NCBI RefSeq assembly: GCF_009914755.1
Contig: NC_060929.1
From: the human T2T-CHM13v2.0 reference genome, Homo sapiens
DNA length: 64,000 nt
Reading direction: 5' to 3' (one strand)
Position 1 is the stretch's first letter, and each line of letters starts with the position of its first letter. A model generated the notes under the pieces. It was not told the DNA's origin. It saw nothing but the letters and a program-made list of their open reading frames with translations, and searched no databases. The position numbers and the translations under genes were made by a program. This document shows, piece after piece, positions 13,363 to 28,220 of the stretch.

Positions 13363-14382
13363 CCTGCAGGGGTTCTCGATGTTGTAACACCCAGCTCTGC
13401 AAGGTCGAGATAAAACAAGAACTCTCAGTCAGTCATGGTCTTCTAAGCTGGCACTGCCTTTTTAGAGGTTAATTTTGCAGTCAACATTAAGTCTCAACAA
13501 CACTCATCACCTTGACTTAGCAATTTCACCTCCAAGAATCTGGCATACTAAAACAATCAAAGATCAAATACATTCAGGTCAATAATTCTTCATCCACAAT
13601 TACACAATCCAACAAAGTCTAAAAAATCTCTTGGCAGCAAAACCTGTCCTCAATGGAGGTGATGCTACTTATAGTTTCTATTTATCCCACTCAACTCATC
13701 AGATTGACCTTCAAAGTCATGCATAATTTGGCCCCAGCCTACTTTTCTGGGCTTACTTACCAATGCAGTCTCCTACAGGTGCTGTAAACCTGCCACACAA
13801 AACCCCTGGCTGTTCCCCAAACACAGCCCACGTTCCTCACAACAGTGCCGTTGCTGAGGCCACTGCTGCTTCCTGACAGCTCCTCCTTCTCCCACATCCA
13901 AGGCCTGGCACAGACCCCATCCTCCTTCCAAAAAGCATCAGAGATACCTGCCTCAGTCAGAGTTAATTTTTCACCCCCATGATTCCCAGGCACATTCTGG
14001 TACTGCTGGATGTAAGTAACTCAACCTCACATTCAGCTCTGTATCTGCTCTTTGCACCTGGCTGAAGTCTCAGAGAGCAGAGGCTAAATACTTCACGGCT
14101 CCCTAAATTTCTAAACACAGTGCTATATACTGAGTGGCACCTCTAGGTGACTACTTTGCACCCTAACGATGATAAACTGAGTGAAATAGTATCAGGTTTA
14201 ATATACAGAAAAAAATTGTGGAATTCCATCACTTAATACGAGTGGCCATTTGAGTGCTGGCAGGAAGGAAGAAAAGGGGAGAAAAAAACAAAAAGTTGTG
14301 GCATTATAGCTACTGCAACAGAAAAGGAGAATAAAGCGGAGTGGCAAGATGAAGACCAGGGAAATGTGGGTGACTGCAGGAC

Positions 14383-14503
14383 CACAAGAATCTTCCAAGC
14401 CTGTTGATAACATAAGTTTCTCATTTTCTAATCAGCTAGTGTGGCATACGTCGCTGTTTGGAGTCTTGTCTTCAAAATGTTTTCCAGCATCAAACACAAC
14501 AAT
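14383..14503 (-). pseudogene. CEP192P1: CEP192-derived exon
   Basis: ctcatag|...|gtcctg; IVVFDAGKHFEDKTPNSDVCHTS*LENEKLMLSTGLEDSC vs CEP192 IVVLDAGKHFEDKTLKSDLSHTSLLENEKLILPTSLEDSS; in-frame stop. Confidence 0.9.
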
Positions 14504-15108
14504 CTATGAGAAACCACATGGTGAGTAAGAGCAGCACACTCACGGCTCTGAAGAGCACAGCACAAGGCTGCAATAAAGACCCACGTATGTTCTCAACCTG
14601 CAGTGTGCTCAGTGCCTGCACATCACAACTCAGGTGATGAAGGGATGGCAGTTTTACATGAATTAATCAGTTTCCTTCTTAACCCCATGCCATTTCCCTC
14701 ACCTGACCCACCCAAGAAAACACCCTTAAAAGGCTTCTCTCACACTGCTTACACATATTAAGCTTCTCGCCAATTGCCTGCACGTGCTCGGAGAAGCTTG
14801 CAATACCGTTAGTGTGTTAATACTCACACAGCTGGACCTCAGCAACACAAGGCTTACTAGAAAGCGAAGACAATAGCAAAGCTGGGCCCAGCAGCCGTTC
14901 CCTAAGGAACTCTTCGCCTCTTACACTGGAGCAATTGATCTCTCTGCTCCTCAACCAGGAACCGTAGAGCCCTACAGGGCACACAGCCAGTTACTAAGGA
15001 CTCAGGGCCTGGAATGAAGTGTAGTATTTTCCTCCAAGAGCTTGTATCTGCTATAAACCAGTTTAATTCTGCTATAAACAAGTAGACTTCTAACTAATAT
15101 TAATATAA

Positions 15109-15428
<320 letters not shown>

Positions 15429-15476
15429 CATTAACATTTCTACATGTGAAAAGATGTACAGAATATAAGCTATTAA

Positions 15477-15804
<328 letters not shown>

Positions 15805-15832
15805 AAAATATTGTCTTAATATAACTTACTGT

Positions 15833-16801
<969 letters not shown>

Positions 16802-19800
16802 CTGTACTATGGGTTTGTTAAAAACTAAGGTAAAAGTCATTAAGAAAACAATACAAAGCATAAAAGAACACCTATCAAAATTACAAAAACTCCAAAATGA
16901 GCGGACAAAGATCCAAAAAAACTAATAAAACATTTGAAAATTTACTTCAGCAATAAAATATAAGCTGACACAATCACATCGTGTCTTAAAAATAAACAGG
17001 TCAAAGAAAAGAGTATTTTTACATCAGTCCAGGAAAGTCAAAAGCATATACAGAGGAAGAGGTTTCTCCAAAACTCGTACACTCCAGAGGGCTGAGGGGC
17101 CCGGGAAATCCACTGGCTGGCGGCCCTTCCGGATGAATCTGCAAAACAGACAGAGGTTCAAGAGTCACTGGGGGGGCACAGAGGTGGAGGGAGGGGCGCT
17201 CCCTGGGGTGGGTGTGCAGGTCTCAGAGGGCTCCTCAGGCCCTAGAAGGTGGCCTTGGGCCCCTGGCCTCCCCAGAGTCCACCCACAGGGCACCAAGGCC
17301 TGTGTGCTGCTCTCTGCTGAGGGGGTTGTCTGTGCACAGAGTGTCTATAAATGTCCTGCAGGAGGCACTGAGCCCAGGCACGCACATGGGCGCCTTCAGG
17401 GGACTGGACCTCCAGATACTGAAACACAAAGAGCAAGGATCAACAGGCAGAGCCCCATGCCCCCGGGCCCTGGGAGGAGCAGGAGGTCTGATGACACAGG
17501 GTGGGGTGGTGACCTGCCCCTCCACCCAGACCCTCCATGCCATCCAGACAGAAGAGCTGCACGTTAAATGTGTGCCGCTTCCTGGAGCACATCATTGTTA
17601 TCGCCCAATAAGACTTGTTCCTTCCAACATCCCCACCAACCCTGTCTATGCATTTTCATTCAAAAAATCATTAATGCTTTGCTAAAACATGCATTTCTCA
17701 CTTAATACATTCCAGCATAAAAAGATTATGGAAACCACTGTTTTAAAGAGTAAAAAACTGTGTGTGTGACTGTGTGTGTACATATATACACACACATATC
17801 TATAAAATACACAAAAACACACACTCATATATGTTAATTTCAAATTGGAAAATACATTTAAAACAGTGACTTCCTGAATCCTGCCCCTCAACAACTCCTA
17901 AGTGAGCATGGCCCTGACTTGTCTTCACGAGTATTTTTGTTGGCATCTGACACAGACACAGAACCACTGATGCCCAAATCAGTGCTCTCTACACACAGAA
18001 GCCTCCAAACTCATCTTGAGAAATGGGGCCATGAGGCCACCCGAGGCACCGAGGGCTCCATGGAGGCTGAGGGGTCCCTGGGACTGGGCACATCCCAGCG
18101 GGTCTTGGATCCTGGCCTTTCCCCTTCTTGATGCCAGGACCTACTGAGTGCCCGCAGGTGTGCAATGCTGGGCTGGGTGGGCTGCTTGTGTGGCAAGAAG
18201 CCTGGGGCTGCCTCCCTCCCTCTCACACCTTTCCCAGCAGGCATGCAACAGGGGGATTCATGATCAACCCAGTGGCTGCTCATGTTGAATTGGTGAAGCT
18301 CCCTCCCTGTTGTCTTCTGGGGACATGGAGGGCAGGGCTGGGTCCCCTCAAATGAACTTAAGTGGCACTGCAGACAGGAACGCGCTGCATGGCCCTCAGA
18401 ATCCTGCATCTGGTAGCCTGACCAGCACCTCAGCCCCTCCCTCATTAAAGCAGCCTATGGAAGGCTCAGCCCGGTGGGCTCAGGGGCTGCTATGGAGAGG
18501 CTGTCTGCTCCCTGGAGGATGTTCTCAGGGCATCCTTCACTTGCCTTTAGGGATTTCCAGCATAAGTACAAAGGCCACAACAAGTGAGCTCAGGCTCTTC
18601 AGCAGCCTCATCCTTCAGCTCACTAGGTTTTCTGATGGGACAACAAGAGAATGAGGGCAGCCATGGGCACACAGGCATTGTCTGCCTTCCCCTGGTCATG
18701 CCGCCCCTGCACACTCACGTTTCTGCCTCTTCGGGGATTTTCCCCACTTTTTCTGCAGGTGCCGGGAGAGGGCTTGTTGGTATCTGGGAGGAAGACAACA
18801 AGTGCGCATGTCCAGAGACCCCAGTGCAGCAAAAGCCCCGGGGCGGAGGGGGGCGGCCACAGCAGACCCAGACGTCACTGGGAACCCTTCCTGCAGGGTG
18901 GCGCCAACTCTTCTGACCTCAGCCGGGCTCCCTTCCTAAACCCTGTGGGGTTGCTCAACAGGATTCAACGCTGCAGCCTGGGGACCAGGAATGGAGGCAA
19001 TGCCAAGACAGCGGGCAGGAGGGCTGCAGGGGGACTTTATAGACACTGAAGACCCAGGACATTGACTGTCACGATGAGACCACCCAAAAGCACCCAAAAT
19101 AAGAACAGGGCATACCGAATCATGCTAAAAACCTAAGTTTTTATTGGAGGATGTTTCCTGTAAGTCCATGTTGCTTGGCAATTAAGTGATTTTGCCCCAA
19201 GGAGAGAATCAAGCTGCTGAGTGGCTGATGATGTCATTTTCTTCTGCCATCTTAAATCAAACCTCAGTGGGGAACAGACTCTCACTCTAAATTCTCCTTA
19301 CCAAGGACACTGTGTAAGTCACCTATGATACATATGGTCAGATTCTCATATTTTAATTCAAATAGGGGTTATCTTTTTTCTTTGACAAAAGCAGGTGGCC
19401 TGACCTACGATGGTCCTGGGGCATTCTCATCTGATTCATATATGAATTCTTCCACGGGATCCTCTGTGCAACCTAGGAGGACAGAGTGACTGTCAGGAGG
19501 TGCAGAGAAAGCATGTTCCTCTGTGCAAAGCACGACCCAAAGATCAATGTTCTAGAGAAATGCACACACTCCCAAATACATTCACCATCACTCCACACGG
19601 ACTCTCTCCTCCACATCTCCCCACCCCGATGCACCCTATTCCTATTTAAATGACATCACTGCTTCTGGGAACTGCAGTGGATGGCCACAGTTGTTGACTA
19701 AACTCTTCATTTTTTCACACCCAACTGCCCAACCTCATTTCTAGCAGGAAGCTCAAACCAGGGTGGCTCTCCAGCAGAAGTAGGGGGGAAAGTGTCACCT

Positions 19801-20719
19801 TTCTCAACACTAAGATATTTCCTTAGCAAATGGGTGACCCCAGAGTACGTACCACTTGCCCAAAGTGCTGAATCCCTCTGCAGAGAGAAAGGAAAACACT
19901 GTGAGCGTCAGACCATGCTGTGTCCTGTGTATACAGGTCTTTTCTTCAGTTGCTGACATTAGGAAACCAGACAAGAAACAGTGCTCGAGGTAATGGCCCC
20001 AAAATAAAGCCTAGAAGACACCTGTGGAAAGGCACAAGAGTTTCGTCTAAGACTTTCGATATGATTTTTGTTGCAAAGTCACCATTATTTTCTAACAGTA
20101 AGCATTTCTCCTGAGGAAAATGTTATCTGCATACAGTTTGTAACTGAAGGTGGCATCTATGCGTGCCATCTGGAGCCAGCTCCTAGTTGCTCATGAACTC
20201 TCACATTATCCCACCAAGAAATTCTGTAACTTATCTATAATGTCCATGGTAAGGTTTGCATATCTTAATTCAAATGAAATAGAAACCAAGAGAAATACAA
20301 TTCCCATCTTAGTCAAAGAAAGATCTCACTTCGACAATGGCAATGACTTGCTCTGAGGACTCCCCAGGAAGCTCTGCTGCCACAGGCTTGACACCTAGGA
20401 AACATAAGAGTCACTGTCAGCTCATGGGAGCTGCTGAAGAATCCCTCAGGCAGCTTTGGGTGCTGTGGACAGGGGGCTGGCGTGTGTGGAAAAGGTGGGA
20501 TAACAGCACAGGCTGAGCAGCTGCTGGCCGTCCTCCTTAGTGGAGAAGGAAAGCAAAGGAGACCATCAGGAAAGCCCTGGGAGACAGAGCCTTGGCTCTC
20601 TAGCTAAGCCACCCTCATCGGTGTGAAAGCTGATCTCAAACAGGGTACACCATACAATGTGGCTGTTTCAACAACAGCATCTCAGGGAGCCTTCTATTCA
20701 AACCTGAGCTAAGTTGTAC

Positions 20720-21007
20720 TTTTTGTTTGAGATGGTTTTGCACTGTCACCCAGGCTGGAGTGCTGTGGTTCAATCACAACTCACTGCAGCCTCGACCTCC
20801 CAAGCCCGGGTGGATCCTTCGCCTCAGCCTCCAAGTCGCTAAAACTACAGATGCCCCCATCAAGCCCAGCTGATTTTTTGTATTTTTTTGTAGAAATGGG
20901 GTTTTGCCAGGTTGCCCAGGCTGGTCTCGAACTCCTGGGCTCAAGCAATACATCCACCATGGCCTCCAAAAGTACTCAGATTACAGATGTGAGCCACCGC
21001 TCCCGGC
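20720..21007 (-). mobile_element. Alu (J-like)
   Basis: Antisense degenerate Alu dimer. Confidence 0.85.
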
Positions 21008-22724
21008 CTCTGCTGCCTTCCTGATCCCTTCTGAGGGCATTTACTCCCAGGACCCACCTGCGCTGCTGTGTGGATCACCCCTCCTAGAAGATTTCTTACA
21101 TCATAAAATCAGCCCTTCTTTTAAAAAATATGCAATTCAGCCAAAATATTCTACAACATTTATCCGTCAAACATCTGTTTTAAGCAAAATTAAAGATTTG
21201 AAAATACAATTATCCTACCATTTAAACATGACATGTCACATGTGCTATCTGTCCTTCCGGTCTCCCTCTTCAACACACGCGTCCAGGGAGTCTGCTACTG
21301 CTCAGGCTCTCACTGGCTCTGACACTGGGAGAGCCCATCCTGGAAGCAGCAGGTGGGGGCGCTGACCCTCTCCATCCCAGCTGTGCAGGAATTCCAGCAG
21401 GAGAGATGGGCACCAGGCTAATGCCCAAGTTGTTCCTTGAGCTCCTGTTTGCTGCTGTGCCTTAGGTGCGTGTGCTAGTGAACTGCAGCATTTCTAAGGC
21501 TTGTGGTTACTATGTTCTTAAATACAACAGGACATGTCCTTGATTATTCTCTGCTCTCCACCAGGAGCTGAGGAATGAACCCATCATGCCGCCAAAACCC
21601 CCTGAGCTCTGCAAGTGTGCCTCACATTAATGACCACGCCAGATTCCACTGTAAAATGTAGCTATTCCTACGCGGTGTTAGGTGACCACTAAGACCGTCC
21701 TGTAATGACAGTGCTTAAAATCTCTACAGGCTGTCATACTTCCACATGCACACATAGGTGCTGAACTCCCTGGCATGCTGATGAGTTATGCTAGGGCTGT
21801 CTCATAAACGCGCAGTAGTAGCCCATCGCATCCATGTTTCACCCATTCTTGAGTTCACATTTGTCTCTTCCATTTAGGAGACCAAGAGCTCGGGAAATTC
21901 ATCTCCACACCATCTCTATCTGAGGAGTGAAGACAGGAAACTTACCTTCAGATACAGCTGCCATGGAGGATGAAAGGGCTGATTGACGTGACGTGTACAA
22001 TGGTGATGAATTTTGTGTTTAGAACAGTAATCCTTGTGTTGTGCTTTGTACATAGGAACATGCTTTCTGGGGAAATGCACACACGCGCCCAAAGACATTT
22101 GTGATCCCTTTACACAGACTCCCTCCTCCATACCTCCCACCCTGATGCACACCACCTTCTTCCATCTAAATGACACCACTGCCTCAGGGACCAGACTGGG
22201 ATGCTCACAGTTCTTTACTAGACTTCCCCTCCCTTCCTGAGTCCTTCCAACATCATTTCCTCCCTAGAATCCACCTGTGGTGCTTCTGTGTGTATCACTC
22301 ATTCTAGAATATTTTATACTTGGTAAAAACAATATTTGTTCAGAGAGATTTCATTCCAGCCCCAATATTCTACATATTCACCAAACTTCTGTGTTAAAGA
22401 CAATAAAACAAAGCTTTGAAAATACTCAATTATCCTCTATTTAAAGATAACCCCTACTTAGCAAGTGCTATCTGTCCTTGCACTCAACCTTCTCAATGCA
22501 ATGTCTGTGTGTCGGGAGTCCCTTGCTGCTCACACTCACACTGGCTCTGACACTAGTAGAGAATGTCATGGGGGCAGCAGGTGGCAGCACTGACCATCTC
22601 CAACCCAGCTGTGCAGGAGGTTCCACCAGGGGAGATGGGTGGGAGGCCAACACCCAAGTTGTTCCTTGGGATGATATTTGGCGCTGTGTATTGATTGTGT
22701 TTGCTACGTAACTAAAGCATTTCT

Positions 22725-22999
22725 TTCCTTCTTTCAATAGCAGGTCTCTGTTACCAAAGCTGGAGTGTAGGGGCATGATCTCTGCTCCCTGGAACCTGTG
22801 CCTCCTGGGATCTAGTGATCCTCCCCAATCGGCCTCCCAGGTAGCTGGGACCATGGATGGACCACCACACTGAGGTAGTTTTTTGTATTTTTAGTAGATA
22901 CGAGTTTTCACCTTTCTGCCTTGCCTCATCTCCAACTCCTGAACTTGCCTCAGCCTCCCAAACTACTAGGATTACAGGCGTGAGCCACTGTTCCTGGCC
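22725..22999 (-). mobile_element. Degenerate Alu
   Basis: Antisense Alu; flanking near-repeat aactaaagcatttct / aactggagcatttct. Confidence 0.8.
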
Positions 23000-25164
23000 A
23001 ACTGGAGCATTTCTAAGGCTTGTGATAATCATGTTATTAAATACAATAGAGCATGTTCCTGAGTATTCCCTGCTTTTGACCATGAGCTGAGAAATAACCC
23101 CACCACTACGGCCAAAAGCCCGTGAGCTCGCTATGTGTGTTTCACATTAATGGCCACATCAAAGTCCAGTGTAAAATGTACCTACTGCTACCCTGGGTTA
23201 GGCAACCTTTGAGACCTCCCTACAATGACAGACAGTGTTTGGGACCTCTTTAGGCTATCATCCTTCCACATGCAAAAACGAATGCCGGAAGTCCCTGGAC
23301 TAATGGTGAGTTACGCCAGGGCTGGCTGCTGAATGCACAGTAGTCACCCTTTCCATCAACTCTCCACACATTCCTGAGTTCACATTTGCCTCTTGCATTT
23401 AGGAGATTGAGAGCCTGGGAAATCTGTACCATCTCTATCTGAGGAGTGAGGATATAAAATTTACCTTCAGGTACAGCTGTAGTGGAGGATGAATGGGTTA
23501 ATTTATGTGAAGTGTGCAGTGGTGTTGCAATTTTTTTTTTAGGAAAATTGCTCCTTCGGTTGTGCTCTGCACAGGGGAACATGCTTTCTGGGGAAATGCC
23601 CACACAACTCCCAAAGACACTCCCAATCACTCCACACGACTCTGTCCTCTGTACCTCCCCACCCTGATGCACAGCACACTATTCCACCTAAATGACAATC
23701 CTGCCTCCCCGGACTCGAGTGGATGGTCACAGTTCTTTACTGGACTCAGTGTTTTTTATACCAAACTGTCCAAATCTCATTTCTGTCAGGAAGCTCAAAC
23801 CAAAGTGTCTCTCCAGCAAAAGCAGACTAGTAAGTGCCACATTTTGCAACACTGAAGGTCTTTCCTTAGAAAGGAGTGCTCCCAGAATACACACCTTTCT
23901 CCTCAGCCTGTACCTCTGCCTGCATTGAGAGAAAGAAAAACACCATGAGCTTCAGACCATCCGAGTACCAAGTGCACAGGACTTTTCTTCACTTGGTGAC
24001 ATTAGAAAACCAGATGGAAAACAGTGTTCAAATCAAAGGAACACAGAAGAAGAACAGGGCAAACTGACTCATGCTAAAATTTTTCTTGGAGGATGTTTCC
24101 TCTCAAGGTCATGTTGCTAGGCAATTAAGTGATTTTGCCCCAAGGAGAGAATCAAGCTGCTGAGGAAAAAGCTCACTGCCACTCAGTGCATGGCTGATGC
24201 TGTCGTTTTCTCCTGCCGTCTTAAATCAAGCCTCAATGGGGAACAGACTCACTCAGAATTCCCCCCACCAAGGACACTGTATAAGTCACCTATGATATAT
24301 AGGGTCAGATTCTCATATCTTATTTTAATTCAAGAAGATAAAGCGAAGAAAGTAACTTTTTCCCAGACAAAACCAGGTGGCCTGACCTTCAGTTGTTGTG
24401 TGTCACTATCATCTCTGGTGTTCCTGCGGAGTCTCCTCAAGAGGGGATCTCTTGCCACTAGGAGGACACATAGTGACTGTCAGCAAGTGCAGGGCAGGAG
24501 CAGGGAAGAAAGGCTTTCTAGCCCTGACTGCCTCATCAATGTGAAATGGCCCATCTTAAACAGGGCATACCACCCAGGGCAGGCTGTGTGTCCCTGCAGC
24601 CTCTCAGGGCTCCTGCTTCTTAATCTGACCCGAGCTCACTTGCCCTCCCTTCCTGAGTCCTGCCAAGGTCATTTCCTCCCCAGAATCCACCAGTGGTGCT
24701 GCTGTGACTATCACCCCTCCTAGAGGTTTTCTACTCGATAAGAAGCAGGCTTTCTTTAAAGAGAAGATTTAATTCCAACCAAAACCTTCTATTTTTTCAC
24801 TATCCATTTGTTTTTAGGACAATGAAATAAAGCTTTGAAAATACTCAGTTTTCCTCCCATTTAAAGATAACCCCTATTTAGCACGTGCTATCTGTCCTTC
24901 CACTCTCTCTTTTCCATACGTGTGTGTGTGTCCGTGGAGTCTGTTACTGCTCACACTTACCCTGGCTTTGGCACTGGGACAGCCTGTCATGGGAGCAGCA
25001 TGTGGGGGCGCTGACCCTCTCTAACCCGGCTGTTTGAGATTCCAGCAGGGAAGAGGGGCACCAGGCTAACACCCAAGTTGTTTTTGACATCATATTGGGT
25101 GCTACTTCTTGGGTGTTTGTATTACTAAGCTGGAGCATTTCTAAGGCTTGTGGTCATCATGATT

Positions 25165-25460
25165 TTTGTTTTGTTTTTTTGTGGCAGGGTCTCACTCTGT
25201 TTCCCAGATGGAATGCAGTGGCACAATCATGGCTCACTGAAGACTCCACCTCTCCGGCCAAAGCAATCCTCCCACCTCAGCTTCCTGAGAAACTGGGACT
25301 ACAGGAGCATGTCCCCACGCCTGGCTAATTTTTGTATTTTTTGTAGAGATGTGGTTTTACTATGTTGCCCAGGCTGATCTTAAACTCCTGGACTCAAGTG
25401 ATCCTCCTGCCTCAACCTCCCAAAGTGCTGGGATTACAGGCATGAGCCTCCCCATTGGGT
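25165..25460 (-). mobile_element. Alu (J-like)
   Basis: Antisense Alu dimer. Confidence 0.85.
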
Positions 25461-27544
25461 CCAATCATATCTTTAAATACAATAGGACATATCCCTGATT
25501 GTTCTCTGCTTTTGAACAAGAGCTGAGAAATGACACCACCACTGCAGTCAAAAGCCTGTGACTCCCCTATGTGGGTTTCACATTAAGAACCACCCCAAAG
25601 TCCACTGTATTGCTACCCTGCCTTTCGCCATCACTGAGAACATCTTACAATGCTGGGCAGTGTGTGGGATCTCTCTAGGCTGTCATACTTCCACATGCAC
25701 ACACAGATGCTGGAACTCCCTGGTGTAGTGACGAGTTATACCAGGGCCACGTGAGGACTGTGGAGTAGCAGCCCATCACGTCAACCTTTCACTCATTCCT
25801 GAGTTCACATTCGCCTTTCCCATTGAGGAAATTGAGAGCTTGGGAAATTCATCTCTCCACCATCTCCAATCTGAGGACCGGGGATGTTAAACTAACCTTC
25901 AGGTACAGCTGTGGTAAAGGATGAAGTGTCGACTGATGCGGGGATGGAGTTTTGTTTCTAGAACATTGATCCTTGGGTCATGCTTTGCACAGAGGAACAT
26001 GCTTTCTAGATAAATGCACACACACTCCCAAAGGCATTCACCATCACTTCACACGGACTCTCTCCTCCATATCTCCCCACCCTGATGCACCCCTATTCCT
26101 ATTTAAATGATATCACTGCTTCTGGGAACTGCAGTGATTGGCCACAGTTGTTGACTAAACTCTTCATTTTTTTACATCAAACTGCCCAACCTCATTTCCA
26201 GCAGGAAGCTCAAACCAGGGTAGTTCTCCAGCAAAAGTAGGGAGGAAAGTGTCACCTTTCTCAAAGCTAAGATCCTTCCTTAGCAAATGGGAGATCCCAG
26301 AGTGCATACTGTAGAGCTGAATCGCTGAGTGTGTCTGCAGAGAGAAAGGAAAACACTGTGAGCGTCAGACCATGCTGTGTCCTGTGTTCATGGGTCTTTT
26401 CTTCACTTGGTGACATTAGAAATCTGGTTGGGAGATGGTGCTCGAGGCAACGGCCCCCAAATAAAGCCTGGAAGACACTTGAGGAAATGCACAAGAGTGT
26501 TGTATGAGATTTTCAAAAACGATTTTTGGTTGCAAAGTCACCCCTATTTTCAAGAATGCATTTCTCCTGAGGACAATGCTCTCTGCCATGCAGTCTGTCA
26601 CTAACACTGTCATCTATGAGTGCCATCTGGAACAAGTTCCAAGTTGGCAATGAATGGGCTCTCACATACCTCTGCCCACCAAGAAATTCTGTGGCTCATC
26701 TGTAAAGTCCGTGGTAAGAATTACATATCTTAATTCAGAGAAAATAGAAAGAAACCAAAAGAAATAAAATTCCCATCTCAGACAAAGAAAGAAGACTTTA
26801 CCGAGTGTGCTGCCTGGATCAGGTCCCAAGAATCCAGCGAGAGAAACCGCCAATTCTGGCGGTAGAAGAAGCCTAGGAAACATAGAGTCACTGTCAGCCG
26901 TGGCAGCTGCTGAAGGACCTCTGGCAGCCTTGGGTGCTGAGGACACAGGGCTGGTGTGTGTGGAGGAGGTGGGTGAGAGCACGGGCGGAGCTGCTGCTGG
27001 GCCACCCTCCCTGGTGGTGAAGGCAGGCAAAGGACGCCATCAGGAGAGCCCTGGGAGACACAGCCTCGGGTCCCTGGCTAAGCCGCCCGCATCACTGTGA
27101 AGTAGGCAGTGTTCATACAGGCAGCCCTCATGACCAGTGAACACCCCAAGGGACCGACGGTCTACTTGGTCCCCAAGATGGCTCAGAACTCAGAACATTC
27201 TAAGCCAACCGCCACCTGATGGCTGTGCCAAGAATCAACTTCCCTTCAACTGACCAACCCTGCGTGAGCAGTTCACTGAAAATGTGGCCATCAGGGCTGG
27301 CGCTTAAGTGACTGAATGAATTAAATCTGTGACCCCCACTGTCTCACTGACTACTTATCTGAGCAACTATCTGAGCAGGCTGAACTAAGGCCTGCCTGAG
27401 AATGGGCAGTGTTTAAATGAAGCCTATTGAATAACTTGGAAGTCACACCTCATGAGAAGGGTACTCGAATTTAATGAGACACAGCGTGTGTTCAGTCATG
27501 CGTGAATACTGTATTACAGAGAAGTGTAAACAGAACTGCTAGTA

Positions 27545-28220
27545 ACTTGAGCGGGGGGATACCTGGCTCTAACTAACAGCATGGGAGGCTTCCTGATCAC
27601 CTGAAACAATCAAGACATAGCAAAAGGCCAAGAGTACAAAATCATTTTACATCTGAGGCAAACATTAGTATTTCAGACCTTTAAAATAAGCATTTTAGTA
27701 TTACAGCAGCAGAATTAGAACCTGGGTGGGGGCGGATGAAAATTTAAAGGAGAGAGTTATCATCCAAGCCAAGTATAAAGATGCGCCTTTTCCAGGGGAA
27801 AAGAAACAGAAGGCAATGATGTGGGACCTGTAACTTAGGTGTAAAGAGACACAGAAAAATTCAAACCTCTGAGGTATAAATCTGAGAAGTTTAACAAAAA
27901 AAAAAAAACAGATTTCAGAAGAAAAAATTATTACCTCTTATAATTTCATTGAGAACAAATTATCTATCTTAACAAAAGCTTATTTCTAAACCAAAATTTT
28001 AGTTTGGTATTACTGTATTTTTAATATTGTAGCTAATTTTAAGAAGACCTTATCAATAAATCTATCTACCCCCGTCAGTTTTGACTACAAAGTAAGATTT
28101 TCATAAACCTTTTATAACCTCTAATAATTTTTCTATTTTGTAACTTTGTATATCCACTTGATTGTGTTTATGTTTTCAAAAGGTCTTTAATTTAAAACAA
28201 TCCTCAAAACCTCTTCACTA
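27545..28220. mobile_element. ERV1 (MER4-group) internal fragment
   Basis: AT-rich motifs recalled from MER4-group internals (aaggccaagagtacaaaatc, ttcataaacctttataacctct); family not certain. Confidence 0.45.

Larger units (their letters stand above)
18545..26872 (-). pseudogene. Decayed FAM153-like multi-exon gene built from an internally repeated exon cassette
   Basis: AG/GT-bounded mini-exons: 26802-26872 (FFYRQNWRFLSLDSWDLIQAAHS), 24387-24457 (ARDPLLRRLRRN...QLK), 20330-20394 (AAELPGESSEQVIAIVE), 19405-19472 (CTEDPVEEFI...*), 18719-18783 (IPTSPLPAPAEKVGKIPEEAET). They resemble recalled FAM153 segments [40 protein letters not shown] and [25 protein letters not shown]. Stops occur in some copies. 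Confidence 0.65.
19085..27100. repeat. Old tandem/segmental internal repeats (2-3 diverged copies per block)
   Basis: Visible homologies: 19095-19500 ~ 24045-24490; 19510-20625 ~ 25975-27100; 21200-22240 ~ 22420-23740 ~ 24835-26160. Confidence 0.88.
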
